Part shown: one piece after another, positions 37,722 to 47,843 of the stretch
Numbering within the stretch: position 1 is the first letter of the stretch
Layout: each line of letters begins with the position of its first letter
Origin: a bacterium
Lineage (GTDB): Bacteria > UBA8248
Length of the DNA stretch: 64,000 bases
Assembly: GCA_965204535.1 (NCBI GenBank)
Contig: CBDBEV010000001.1
Span: 1,568,001-1,632,000, forward strand
Direction: 5' to 3'
The notes under the pieces: generated by a model
Seen by the model: the letters and a program-made list of their open reading frames with translations, nothing else
Database searches by the model: none
What the model was told of the DNA's origin: nothing
Translations under genes and position numbers: made by a program

Positions 37722-38581
37722 TTCAAATCTGCCAAAAACGCCTTGAGTTCTCGCTGCACGATGGTCGGCTCGGAAACGCTCGGAAAATGACCGGCTCTCG
37801 CACATACGACCACTCTTGATTTCGTGGGTAGTACATTCATCAATAATTTCTCTGATTTCTCGCTAAATCGCTTGCTTTCCCCTCCACGAAATACCAGAGA
37901 AGGGCATTTTGTTCTCTTCGCCCAGAAAACGGGGTCGTAATCGCTCGCGGAAGAGGCTTGAAATTCCCGCAATCTCAAGATTCTGCTTTTCTCAAAAGGA
38001 ACCCTCCAGGCGCCGTTTGCGCCATCGCGCACCAATACATCGCTCAAGAATCGCCTCGTCCTGGCGGGTGGCCAGTTTCCCTCCTCGCTCTGTGTTATGA
38101 ATTTCTGGGCCTGCGCGATGTCCTCGAACTCCATCGGGCGACTTCGTGAGGCCTCCAGGTTCGCATTGGCGCCCGAAACATCACGCACTGTCGGGTCCAT
38201 CAACACGGTCGCGGCGACGCGATCCGGGCGTTCCGCAGCGACGGCCAGAGCGATTGAAGCGGCGAAGGAATGCCCCATCACCACAAAGCGGTCCAGCAAA
38301 AGCGCGTCGGCCAAGCCGATTACGTCTCTTGCGAAATCCGTTGCGGCATCACCCGCACCCGGGTCATCCGTTCGCCCGAATCCTCTTTGATCAGGACTAA
38401 TAATACGTATCGAGCCCGCGCCTTCCGCCATGGCATTCCACATACCGCTCTGAATCAGCGAACCATGCAATGCGATAACAGGCAAAAGCAAATTTTTCTT
38501 CGCCGGTCTCCAGTCCCGGAAAAACATTTGGAAATTCGAGACCGCCTCAAAACCGGCATACCAACCACCCTTGCTGCGCAT
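37718..38581 (-). CDS. Alpha/beta hydrolase
   Basis: LHG, DQRGFGRT, GHSFAA nucleophile elbow, AGH. Confidence 0.88.
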   Translation of the reverse strand: MRSKGGWYAGFEAVSNFQMFFRDWRPAKKNLLLPVIALHGSLIQSGMWNAMAEGAGSIRIISPDQRGFGRTDDPGAGDAATDFARDVIGLADALLLDRFVVMGHSFAASIALAVAAERPDRVAATVLMDPTVRDVSGANANLEASRSRPMEFEDIAQAQKFITQSEEGNWPPARTRRFLSDVLVRDGANGAWRVPFEKSRILRLREFQASSASDYDPVFWAKRTKCPSLVFRGGESKRFSEKSEKLLMNVLPTKSRVVVCARAGHFPSVSEPTIVQRELKAFLADLK

Positions 38582-38799
38582 ATGAACCTCTTGGGATGAG
38601 AACGTGAAATGATGCAGGGAATTTTCTCAAACCGGGAAATCGATAACTCACTCTCCTGTTGAAGGATTGGCCGATAAACGACAATCCGCCCATTCTGCAA
38701 ACCACCGGACTTCAGGCCTCATCAAGGATGAGCGAAAAAGCCTCGCTCCCCGATATTCCATCTTATTCTATGGCTTTTTGGTCGTAGAGCGGAAATCGC

Positions 38800-39384
38800 T
38801 CAGGAAGAATCACCCGTGTAGGAAATCGAGACGCGGCGCGCGCAGAAGCGATTTTTCTCACCGCCGATGGGCTCGAAGAAATGGCACGCTTCCAAGTCGC
38901 GCGGATACACATGAATGGAAACCGCCACATCGTCACGCCGATTGCGTACCGTATGGATGTCCGCGCAGCCGCAAACCGAGTCCTGCGCTCCGGCTGAAGG
39001 ATTGTGGGGCGCATCGTTTCGCAACTCGACCTCACCTTCGGCGATTTCCCCATCCGCAAAATAATTAACGACTTCCAGGCCGCCCTCCACCATGCCGAGC
39101 ATTCCCCAGGCGCCGTCATGATCGTGAATCGGGGTGCCCTGCCCGGGCTTCCACACCATGGCCGCCACGACGAAGCGCTCCTCGGGGTCGCTATACAGCA
39201 GGTGCCGCGCATATCCTTCATCGGAGGGCTCGAGCGCCTCGGGCGGAAGGAAAGAATCCTCGCCCAGCAGGCGTTTGAGAGCGGGTTCGGCGGCGCGGAT
39301 GAATCCCCGGCCGCGTGCGCCTTTATCGTAGATGCCGGCCAGCTCTTCTGCGAGGCGGGTGATGGGGGTTGCGACTGCGTCCAT
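38800..39384 (-). CDS. Cysteine dioxygenase / thiol dioxygenase family
   Basis: YARHLL, WKPGQGTPIHDH, DIHTV.N, SIHVY. Confidence 0.85.
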   Translation of the reverse strand: MDAVATPITRLAEELAGIYDKGARGRGFIRAAEPALKRLLGEDSFLPPEALEPSDEGYARHLLYSDPEERFVVAAMVWKPGQGTPIHDHDGAWGMLGMVEGGLEVVNYFADGEIAEGEVELRNDAPHNPSAGAQDSVCGCADIHTVRNRRDDVAVSIHVYPRDLEACHFFEPIGGEKNRFCARRVSISYTGDSS

Positions 39385-39563
39385 GGCGGCCTCCTGATCG
39401 ATAGAATCGGGATAACGCCTTCATTATCAATACGATAAATTGCCAGTTTTTTACCGAAAAACCCCGTGAATTTACCGGAATTTATCGATATTTTCAGAAA
39501 TTACAATTTTCATTATATCAATAATTTCCACTATTCGCGCCGCTCGTCCGACGCCCCAGAAAC

Positions 39564-40364
39564 TCACCAGGGATGGTCCCGCTCAACCAGCGTTCCCGGC
39601 TCCTCGGCGCTCTCCAGCAACCCGATCATATCATACAGCACGGTGCGCTGCTGTTCAAGATTTCCCGCCCGTCCGAAGGGATGGCCCAGCGGCCAGGGCA
39701 CGAACACCGCCCGCGGCGGGCAAAGCCCGGCCGTTATCTCCTTCACGATGCTCACCGAGACGGTGGCGAGCCCCTCCCGTTCCACAGCGTTCTGAATCAG
39801 CCCGACCGAGCGGTTGCAAAGCCCTCAGGCGGGCGCCAGCAGCGCGACCTCCGCCCCCGCCTCGCGCAGCCGCCGCGCCGCGGCCGGCGCCGTCTCCTCC
39901 ACGAGCCGCTCGACGAGTTCCGCGTCGATGTGGCCCATGAAGCTCAAGTGAACCGGCGAGACCCCGCCTATCACACCCTCCTCGGCCAATTCCTTAAGCC
40001 GCTCGTGCGGGAAGACGACGTTCAAATCCACATCCGCCCCCCGGTGGTCGTAATAATCGTGCGTTATCGTCATCTCATCGCGCGCGGCGCCGCCCGGAAT
40101 CTCGCGGAACGTCGGGTCGCCGTCGGGGTTTTCCATGTCGAAGGGGACTTGCGTCTTGAGATGCACCCCGCCCGTCGTCACCAGCGCGAAGCTGCACTCG
40201 CGGGCGGGCTTCACGAGCGGCGTCCAGGGCGTGAACCCAGGCCCCGCGCGCCAGCCGGCCATCTCGGCGGAGAAATCCTTGGCCCCCGCCCATTTTTTCA
40301 CCAGGCCCGGATAGCGCGTAAGCAGACGCGCCACCATCCTGTCCTTCCACCTGCGCAAGCTCAT
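39564..40364 (-). CDS. PrdB/GrdB-like selenoprotein (in-frame UGA read as Sec at 39825-39827)
   Basis: ALVTTGG, HDYYDH, DLNVVFP..RL.EL, SFMG; after ...LLAPA-UGA the frame continues GLCNRSVGLIQNAVEREGLATV...PPRA...PLGHPFG. Confidence 0.88.
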
Positions 40365-40947
40365 CGGGGTGTCCTGTTCGTTGGGGGAGATTGTATCGGC
40401 AGCGGTTATCCCATGAACCAGCGCAGAACTCTATCGCAACGAAGCATCGCATGCACCCGGGGAGGCCGACTATCTCGCCGTGGTGGCGGGGAGGGCGGAG
40501 ATGTCGCGGCGTCTCATTCCTTTTCCGATGCGACGGGCGTCGCGATCTTTCACAATGGTGACTGTAGGGGCGGACCCGTGTGTCCGCCCGCGCGTTTCGT
40601 TTTTGCCCATCATGCCAAGGCAGGCACAGGTCGCGACCTGTCCGAGCGAAGGCCGATGCGGCGGGGTATCGGCGAGAGATGAGGAGGGTTTGCGAAATTC
40701 TCCTTTCGTTTTCCGCCGTTACTCCCGCTAGAATAAAAAAGAGATGAAAGACCGGAACGGTTCCATTCGCATCGGTTCTGGATTCCGGCATGCGCCGGAA
40801 TGACGGTCAAAGGCAAAAGCACTCCCCCTTGAGGGTAGAACCCGACTGAGGAAGGAGAGTTTGCCGACCGATGATGGAACGGTTACGCTTCCCCGAGGAA
40901 GTGCCGCCACAACCACAATTCCTCGCTCCTCGCTCGAAATTGACCCC

Positions 40948-41412
40948 TCACTCCCCCATACGCATTCTGCTTCTCACTCTGGCGTCGATGGAGAGGGGGC
41001 CGCCTCCCATCAAGAGGATGGCGGTCGTAGCGAGGAGGAGGAAGAGCGAGTATTCATAACCGCCGGCGACGGCGGCGCCGGTCTGGGGGTTCGTGACGAT
41101 GCCGTGCATGAAAAAGCCCTGGTCAAAATGCACGAACGCGGCGGCGCCCGCCATGATGGGAACGTTCATCAAGGCGCCCAGGCGGGCGTAGAGCCCGATG
41201 ATCAGGAGCACCCCGCCGACCAGATGGCCCAGCACGACGGCCCACGCACTGATAGTGGGCAGAGGGATGCCCATCGAGACGTTCAGCGCGGCGAGGCGCT
41301 CCACGCCGATTATCAGCCAGCCGTAATAGCCGTGCAGAACGTAATAAGCGCCCAATGAGACGCGAAGCAGGGCGATTCCGTATGTCTGATACGGCCTCAA
41401 CCTCGGATTCAT
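40948..41412 (-). CDS. DoxX family membrane protein
   Basis: LLRVSLG...HG, GGVLLIIGL.AR, GYEY, GGGPLSID. Confidence 0.88.
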   Translation of the reverse strand: MNPRLRPYQTYGIALLRVSLGAYYVLHGYYGWLIIGVERLAALNVSMGIPLPTISAWAVVLGHLVGGVLLIIGLYARLGALMNVPIMAGAAAFVHFDQGFFMHGIVTNPQTGAAVAGGYEYSLFLLLATTAILLMGGGPLSIDARVRSRMRMGE

Positions 41413-41483
41413 CGATTCTTCCCCAATGAAAGCAAGGACTTATTTTCTCGCAATTGCGCAAATCGCGCCACCCCTCCCGAAAG

Positions 41484-41693
41484 GGGGTGTTGAAAATGCC
41501 TGCGTGGAGCGATTTTGGTTGAGCGCACGCTCTTGAAGTTCACTCCCCCCTTGAGGGGGAGTCGAGGAAGCCGAGCGGTTTGTGCGAAGGCTGACTCGGT
41601 GGGGGGTAAAATGCGTTTTATCGCCATTCCGAATTATACCCCCCACCGAATCGCTTTCGGGCTTACGCCCTCAGCTCTTCGACTCCCCCTCAA
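41484..41693. repeat. Palindromic REP-like element; right arm interrupted by IS1182 and resuming at 43205-43220
   Basis: CACTCCCCCCTTGAGGGGGAGTCGA...TCGACTCCCCCTCAA; near-identical inverted copy at ~45088-45300. Confidence 0.85.
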
Positions 41694-43204
41694 GGGGCTG
41701 TTGAAAAACCCTGTTTTGAAGCAGGGGGTATGGCGGCTCACGCGGCTTGGGATAGGAAGCCCAATCGGCGCGTGAGGCCGCGATATGCGCGCAGACGGCG
41801 TCTCCGGGCGGCCCAGGCCCTCCACAGAGCGAATATATCCGCCGCAAAAGCGGCGGCCAGCCGCTTGAGGTTCACCGCAGTCGCCGTCAGGTAGGCCTGG
41901 ATCCTCATGTTCGCAAGGCCCCGGCGCACCGCCCGCCCCAGTCCGTGCCGACTCTTCGCTTCGCCGTGGTAGCCCTCCGAACGCGACATGTGGCGGCGCC
42001 ACAGCCGGCCCTCCTCCTCCCCCCGGCGCGCGTGCCGCCGGCGCGCGCGCAACAGCGCCGGATATTCATGCGGAATCAGCACCGTCCTGCTCGTGTGCGA
42101 CTTGGGCAGACAATCCGACCTCAGCGCGCAGCCCGCGCAATCGCGCGTCCTCGAACCATAGTAGCGCCCCCGCTCCGTCTCCTTCCGGGGACGCAGCGTC
42201 TTGCCGCCCGGACACTTCACCACCTTGTGCCGCTCGTCGTAGCGGAACAACTGCAGCGGAACACGGCTCTGGGAAGGCTCCTTCTTCGCCGGTATCAGCG
42301 CATCAACACCCCGCCGCTCCAATCCCGCATACACCTTCGAGTACGCATAACCACTATCCGCCGTCACCACCGCGGGCGCGCGACCCGTGAGCTCGCAAAC
42401 CGCATCCAACTGCGGCTCCATCATCTCCCGCTCGTTCAACGTCCCCGCCGTCACCTCTACGTCGAGGACAACGCCCCGCTCGTCGTCCACCACCGCGTGG
42501 TGCTTGTAGCTCGGCTCGAACCCCGCCCGAGCGCTCTTGCGCGCCAGGCGCGCGTCGGGGTCCGTACGGCTCACCGGACCCGAACCCCCGCCCTTCTTCC
42601 CCGCCTCATCCGCCGAGTCGTTCTCCCGCACCACCTTCTCCGCGTGGCGCGCCGCCAGACTCTCCCAACTCACGTCCGCGCGTATCAAAGACGCGTCCAT
42701 GTGAACCACTTCCCCCTTCGCCACCTGCGCCTCCAGGCACGCCTGAACCGTGCGGCGCAATATCTCCTTGAACCGCGCCTCCCCCCACCGCTGGCGAATC
42801 CGCGTCAGGCTCGAATGATCCGGCAACTCCTCGTGCAGCTCGTAACCGATGAACCACCGGATCGCCAGGTTCACCTGCGCCTCGCGAAGCAGATGCCGGT
42901 CGTGAACGTGGCCCAGCAGAAGACCCGCCAGCATCAACCGCACCACCACTTCCGGGTCGATCCCCGGTCGACCGTTGTCCGCGCAATAGCACTCCGCCAC
43001 CTCCTCGCGAAGCCAACTCAAATCCAGTACGCGGTTCACCCGGAACAATATGTAATCTTCGGGAATCAACTGCTCCAGCGAACCGGCCACGAACAATTCC
43101 ATCTGCCCGCGCCTCTTGCGGTCCAACATCGGGGAATCTCCCATCTCGGGCGAGGGGGGATAACTCCATACGATCATAAAACCAGGGGTTTTTCAACAGG
43201 CCCC
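41694..43204 (-). mobile_element. IS1182-family insertion sequence
   Basis: Terminal IRs GGGGCTGTTGAAAAACCC / GGGGTTTTTCAACAGGCCCC; TCAA on both flanks (exact boundary ambiguous in the G/C runs). Confidence 0.9.
41738..43129 (-). CDS. IS1182-family DDE transposase
   Basis: GRPGIDPEV, LPDHSSLTRIR.R, MDAS, SRTDPDA, ADSGY, C..C.LRS.C, EG.HGE.K..HGL. Confidence 0.92.
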   Translation of the reverse strand: MLDRKRRGQMELFVAGSLEQLIPEDYILFRVNRVLDLSWLREEVAECYCADNGRPGIDPEVVVRLMLAGLLLGHVHDRHLLREAQVNLAIRWFIGYELHEELPDHSSLTRIRQRWGEARFKEILRRTVQACLEAQVAKGEVVHMDASLIRADVSWESLAARHAEKVVRENDSADEAGKKGGGSGPVSRTDPDARLARKSARAGFEPSYKHHAVVDDERGVVLDVEVTAGTLNEREMMEPQLDAVCELTGRAPAVVTADSGYAYSKVYAGLERRGVDALIPAKKEPSQSRVPLQLFRYDERHKVVKCPGGKTLRPRKETERGRYYGSRTRDCAGCALRSDCLPKSHTSRTVLIPHEYPALLRARRRHARRGEEEGRLWRRHMSRSEGYHGEAKSRHGLGRAVRRGLANMRIQAYLTATAVNLKRLAAAFAADIFALWRAWAARRRRLRAYRGLTRRLGFLSQAA

Positions 43205-43443
43205 TCAAGGGGGGAGTGAATTTCCTCTCTCCTTGGGTTGTAATAACCCTTAAGGGGGGAGTGATTTGGCCCGACCCGCAAGGACTTCTCCAACAACCCG
43301 CAAAACGGCGGGACGATTTCACCCGCGCGTGAAATGTGATAGAAGCTGATCGCGGTTTCGGCGCAGCGCGCCGGGCCGCTCTCATGCGGGGCAACCATCT
43401 CCTCCGGCGTCGCCACCCAAAACATGAAGGCAGCCATCCGAAA

Positions 43444-44160
43444 ATGAGCAAACCCGGAAAAAAACTCTCCTACAAGAACTTCATCATCCCGCTCGCCCTC
43501 GTCCTCGTCCTGGTCGCTTTCTTCTATTCGGGGCTGGGCCGCTACCTCACTTTCGAGACCTTGCGGGAAAACCAGAGCCTGCTCAAGGGGTGGGTGCACG
43601 ATAACGGCGCGCTCGCCGTCTTCGCCTACATGCTCGCCTACGCAGCGGTCACGATTTTCTCCCTCCCCGGCGGCCTGGTGATGAGCATCACAGGAGGCTT
43701 CCTGTTCGGGACCGTCTGGGGGGCGCTCTATATCGTCGTGGGCGCGACGGCGGGGGCGACGGTTCTCTTCATCGCGGCCAAGACCTCGCTCGGCGACCCC
43801 CTGCGTGCGAAGGCCGGCCCCTGGCTCCAGAAGATGGAAGAGGGCTTTCAGGAGAACGCGCTGAACTACCTGCTGGTTCTAAGGCTCGTTCCTATCTTTC
43901 CCTTTTTCGTGGTGAACCTCGTGCCCGCCTTTCTGGGGGTGTCCCTGAGCGTCTACGTCATCGGCACGTTCTTGGGCATCATTCCCGGCTCGTTCGTCTT
44001 CGCTTCTGTGGGCGCGGGGCTCGGCAGCATATTCGAGGCGGGGGGCGAGTTCTCCGCCAAGGGGATTTTGACGCCCCAGGTCATGATCGCGCTCGTGGGA
44101 CTGGCGGCGCTCTCCCTCATTCCCGTGGTCTACAAGAAGATGAAATCGAAAGAGGGTTAG
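43444..44160 (+). CDS. TVP38/TMEM64 (DedA/VTT) family membrane protein
   Basis: SLPGG..MSITGGFLFG, LRLVPIFPFFVVN, GIIPG. Confidence 0.9.
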   Translation: MSKPGKKLSYKNFIIPLALVLVLVAFFYSGLGRYLTFETLRENQSLLKGWVHDNGALAVFAYMLAYAAVTIFSLPGGLVMSITGGFLFGTVWGALYIVVGATAGATVLFIAAKTSLGDPLRAKAGPWLQKMEEGFQENALNYLLVLRLVPIFPFFVVNLVPAFLGVSLSVYVIGTFLGIIPGSFVFASVGAGLGSIFEAGGEFSAKGILTPQVMIALVGLAALSLIPVVYKKMKSKEG

Positions 44161-44163
44161 TCC

Positions 44164-44952
44164 TCAAAGCGGTTTTTTTGCGGCGAACAGATACCTGTTG
44201 TGCGCGAAGAAATAAGCGCCCGCCTCGCCTTGTTCCCGCAAGTCGTCCGCCCAGGCATCCACCTCTTCCTGCGTGAGACCGGTGCGCTCCGGCAAGACGC
44301 CCTGAAACATGCGGATGAAGTGAAAACTGAAGCGCTCGGGCCCGTAGGTGGTGTCGAGTACGGGAATCGCGTGGGCGGACGCATCGACGAAGCCCGCCGC
44401 CTCGATCCTGCGTTTGAGCGTAAGCGGAAGCCTCAGATGGGCGAAGCCCTCCAGCCAACCGGCCATCACCCGCTCACAGAGCGCCGCATCCTTACAGTGC
44501 CACGTCGTGGAGCCCCAGTCGGCGTCGCTCACCGCGAGCCGTCCGCCGGGCTTCAGGGCGCGGTGAATCTCGCGCAAGGCCGCATCCACGTCAGCCACGA
44601 ACTCAAGCGTCTGCACGCTCACGCAGGCGTCGAAACCGCCATCTTCGAACGGTAGTGATACGGCGTCGGCGTTTAGAAAGTCGACCCAGGGCTTATCGGC
44701 GCAGCGCGCCCGGGCGAGCTCGATCATCGGCTCGCTGATGTCCACGCCGCGCACGCAGCCCGTCGGGCCGACCATCTGCGCCATCTCGTCGGCGAACAGG
44801 CCGGGGCCGGAACCCACGTCCAGAACGCGCGCGCCGGAGGTGAGACGCAAAGCCTCTATCGTCCGCCGTCTGGCGTCCACCATGTCCCGTGTCTGGTATA
44901 TGGCTTCGGCGCGGCGCGAGGCGCGCTCATCGAAATCCATCGTGTCGCTCAC
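44164..44952 (-). CDS. Class I SAM-dependent methyltransferase
   Basis: VLDVGSGPG, GVDISEPM, DAVSLPFED..FD, LKPGG. Confidence 0.9.
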   Translation of the reverse strand: MSDTMDFDERASRRAEAIYQTRDMVDARRRTIEALRLTSGARVLDVGSGPGLFADEMAQMVGPTGCVRGVDISEPMIELARARCADKPWVDFLNADAVSLPFEDGGFDACVSVQTLEFVADVDAALREIHRALKPGGRLAVSDADWGSTTWHCKDAALCERVMAGWLEGFAHLRLPLTLKRRIEAAGFVDASAHAIPVLDTTYGPERFSFHFIRMFQGVLPERTGLTQEEVDAWADDLREQGEAGAYFFAHNRYLFAAKKPL

Positions 44953-44990
44953 GGGCGCGCTCCGGTTAGGAGGTCAAACGCGAGGGAGGA

Positions 44991-45307
44991 GGGGCTGTTG
45001 AAAAAGTCCTCATTTCGTGTCTCGGCAATTGGAAACGACCGAAGGATGAGGAGACTTCACTTCCAACCTTACAGAACGTCTACCAACCACTCCCCCCTTG
45101 AGGGGGAGTCGAAGAGCTGAGGGCGTAAGCCCGAAAGCGATTCGGTGGGGGGTATAATTCGGAATGGCGATAAAACGCATTTTACCCCCCACCGAGTCAG
45201 CCTTCGCACAAAACGCTCGGCTTCCTCGACTCCCCCTCAAGGGGGGAGTGAACTTCAAAAACTTGCGCTCAACTAAAATCGCTCCACGGGACTTTTTCAA
45301 CAGCCCC
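44991..45307. mobile_element. MITE with IS1182-type ends carrying a REP-like palindrome
   Basis: GGGGCTGTTGAAAAAGTCC ... GGACTTTTTCAACAGCCCC; internal palindrome at 45088-45251. Confidence 0.8.
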
Positions 45308-45469
45308 CTCAAGGGGGAAGTGGTTCTTCCTCTTTAATCAGTTGCCAATGCCCCTCAAGGGGGAGCCCGCAGGGGCGGTTCGCGAACGGTGGGGCGGACA
45401 AATAGGTCCGCCCCTACCTCATTTTGAAACCGGAATCAGGCGCCATGGAAACCCGAAGGAGAGACCCTC

Positions 45470-45865
45470 CTACGCGCCCTTGAAATACTCCTCGTCCTCG
45501 GGCCGGGGCTTCCAGTTCGGGTTGGTGGGCCATTCCTTGTGGCGCGAGAGCTTATCGCCCCCGTAGCGCACCCGGTAGAGCAGCGTACGCTCCGAACCGT
45601 TCGTGTATTCATGAAGCTCGCCCGGGGGATGTACGATGAACGAACCGGGGATCACGTCGACCTCGCCGGTGGGGGTCTTCATCCTGCCGCCGCCCTTGTA
45701 GCAGAAATAAATCTCGGTCGCGTAGGGGTGGCAGTGGTAGGGGCTCACCTGGCCGGGCTCCCAGCAGGCCACCGTAACGTCGCCCTCCTCGTAGCGGCCC
45801 AGAATTTTCTCCACGTGCTTTTCGGTGCTGAATTCCTTTTCCTTTTCCAGATCGAAAACGTGCAT
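45470..45865 (-). CDS. Cupin domain protein
   Basis: PGQVSPYHCHP..TEIY, HPPGELHEY.N. Confidence 0.88.
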   Translation of the reverse strand: MHVFDLEKEKEFSTEKHVEKILGRYEEGDVTVACWEPGQVSPYHCHPYATEIYFCYKGGGRMKTPTGEVDVIPGSFIVHPPGELHEYTNGSERTLLYRVRYGGDKLSRHKEWPTNPNWKPRPEDEEYFKGA

Positions 45866-45914
45866 CTTCTTCTCCTGTGTGTATGACTTCCGCACGAACA
45901 AAGGGAGCGCACGC

Positions 45915-46274
45915 GCGGCTGTTGAAAAACCGGTATGCGGCCCCTACCAAGATCGTTCCCCATCAAGGAGAATTGCAAATCCACTCCCCCCTTGAGGGGG
46001 TTATTGAAAAAGTCCTTCCCGCCCGGAATTCACCACCGCCGGAATGACGGCCAAAACCCGAAACAGGGCGGCGGCGCAGGCTCTCGCCTTGAAAACCAAC
46101 CCCCCCTACCCCCCCTTGTCAGGGGGGTAAAAAAAGAAAGACCCCATCGTCGGGGGCAAGAAAAAACAAAAGCCCCTCTACCGGCGGCGGGCGTCGCCTT
46201 TTCATACCCCCCTGACAAGGGGGGGTAGGGGGGTTGCCTTTATCCCCTGAGGAGGGGGACTTTTCAACAGCCCC
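45915..46274. mobile_element. Nested MITE(s) with IS1182-type ends and an internal palindrome
   Basis: GGCTGTTGAAAAAC (~45917), GGGGTTATTGAAAAAGTCC (~45997), GGACTTTTCAACAGCCCC (46274); CCCCCCTTGTCAGGGGGG / CCCCCCTGACAAGGGGGG inside. Confidence 0.7.
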
Positions 46275-46296
46275 GCGCGCGGCCCCCATGAACTCT

Positions 46297-47664
46297 TTAC
46301 AACCCGCTGAACTCCTCGCAGATGGCGGCCATCCACTTGGCCCCGTCGATCAGATCCGCGATTTTCAGGTTTTCGTTCGCGCTGTGCGTGCGCGAGGTGA
46401 TGCGGCCCACCCCGGTCGAGGACAGCGGCACCCCCAGGTGCTTCAAGACGATATACGTCGGCGTGCTTCCGTTTCCGAACGGATTGATGATGGCGTCTTC
46501 CCCGTAGAGCCTGTGCGACGCCGCGTTGCAGGCCTTCACGATGTCGGCCTCGGGGTCACTCTTCGCCGGGTAGGAGGTAAACAGAAGCTCCACGCCGATG
46601 TCCTCGAAGCCGTGCCTGTCCAGGTGCGCGCGCACGCAGTCCCTTATCTTGTAGGGGTCCTGGTTCGGCACGAGGCGGCAGTCTATCTTGGCCCGCGCGC
46701 GGGCGGAGACGATGGTCTTCACCCCCTCGCCGGTGTAGCCGCCGTCGAAACCGGCGATGTTGAATGTCGGGTTCGCTAGGTGGCGGCGGGGGAGGTCCTC
46801 GTCCTTCATGTCGAGCAGGAACTTCCTGAGCTCGAACTTCTCGATGCGCTCGGCTCCGTTATAAGGCAGCACGCGGCGGATGAGTTCGTCCTCGATCTCG
46901 GTGATCGGCAGCACGTCGTCGTAAAAGCCCTCGACGAGCACGTTCTCGTCCTGGTCCTTCATGGTCGAGAGCGCCCAGGTCATCCGCCAGGCCGCGTTCT
47001 CGTATATCTGTGCGTTCGAGCTGTGGAAATCCACGTTCGCCGTCCGGCAGGTGAGTTCCATGTAGCAGAGCCCCTTGTTGCCGAGCGAGAGCACGGGTGT
47101 GTCCACCCGCGTGGTGTTGTCCTCCCAGACGCAGCCGTCCGCCGCGAGCAGATCCCCGTTTTCTTTCACGAAAGGCTCGAGCGAGGGGCTTCCCACCTCC
47201 TCTTCGCCCTCGATGATGTACTTGACCGAACACGGCAGTTCGCCGCGCACAGCGAGGAAGGCCTCGAACGCCGCGAGGCGGCTCATGATGTTGCCCTTGT
47301 TGTCCGTCGCCCCTCTCGCGATGACGGCTCCGTCGACAATCTCGGCGTCGAAAGGCGGCGTGTCCCATTCCGAGAGCGGCTCGGCGGGCTGCACGTCGTA
47401 GTGGTTGTAGAAGAGAAGCGTCTTGTCCCCGCCGCCTCCAAGGCTTGCGGTGAGAATCGGGTTCCCTTCCGTCTCATGGAGCGTCGTCTTAAGGCCTGAG
47501 CGCGCCACGCGCGCCTCCAGAAGGGCCGCCATCTCCCTGATCCCCACGTTGGTCGTCGAGATGCTCGGCTGGCGGCAGAGTTCCTGCAGATCCGCCACGA
47601 AGCGATCCGCGTTCTCGTCGATATAGTCCAGCACTTTACGGAAGTCTTTCTCTTCGCTCATCAC
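46297..47664 (-). CDS. M20/M25/M40 family metallopeptidase/deacylase
   Basis: YNHYDVQP, ARGATDNKG, EGEEEVGS, HSANE. Confidence 0.92.
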   Translation of the reverse strand: MMSEEKDFRKVLDYIDENADRFVADLQELCRQPSISTTNVGIREMAALLEARVARSGLKTTLHETEGNPILTASLGGGGDKTLLFYNHYDVQPAEPLSEWDTPPFDAEIVDGAVIARGATDNKGNIMSRLAAFEAFLAVRGELPCSVKYIIEGEEEVGSPSLEPFVKENGDLLAADGCVWEDNTTRVDTPVLSLGNKGLCYMELTCRTANVDFHSSNAQIYENAAWRMTWALSTMKDQDENVLVEGFYDDVLPITEIEDELIRRVLPYNGAERIEKFELRKFLLDMKDEDLPRRHLANPTFNIAGFDGGYTGEGVKTIVSARARAKIDCRLVPNQDPYKIRDCVRAHLDRHGFEDIGVELLFTSYPAKSDPEADIVKACNAASHRLYGEDAIINPFGNGSTPTYIVLKHLGVPLSSTGVGRITSRTHSANENLKIADLIDGAKWMAAICEEFSGL

Positions 47665-47843
47665 ACACCCCTCTTTCGCAAATCACCGGTGGTCGGCTCA
47701 TCGGTTTGATTATCAGCGTGGAACAAAGATATGATCGCGCGCGTTTACATTCAACCCGAAAACCCGCATTCGCGCGACTCAGACCCGGGCGTCTCGCCTC
47801 GTGGATTCCGCCGCGTCATGAATGCGACGCAAGGAGGCCATTC

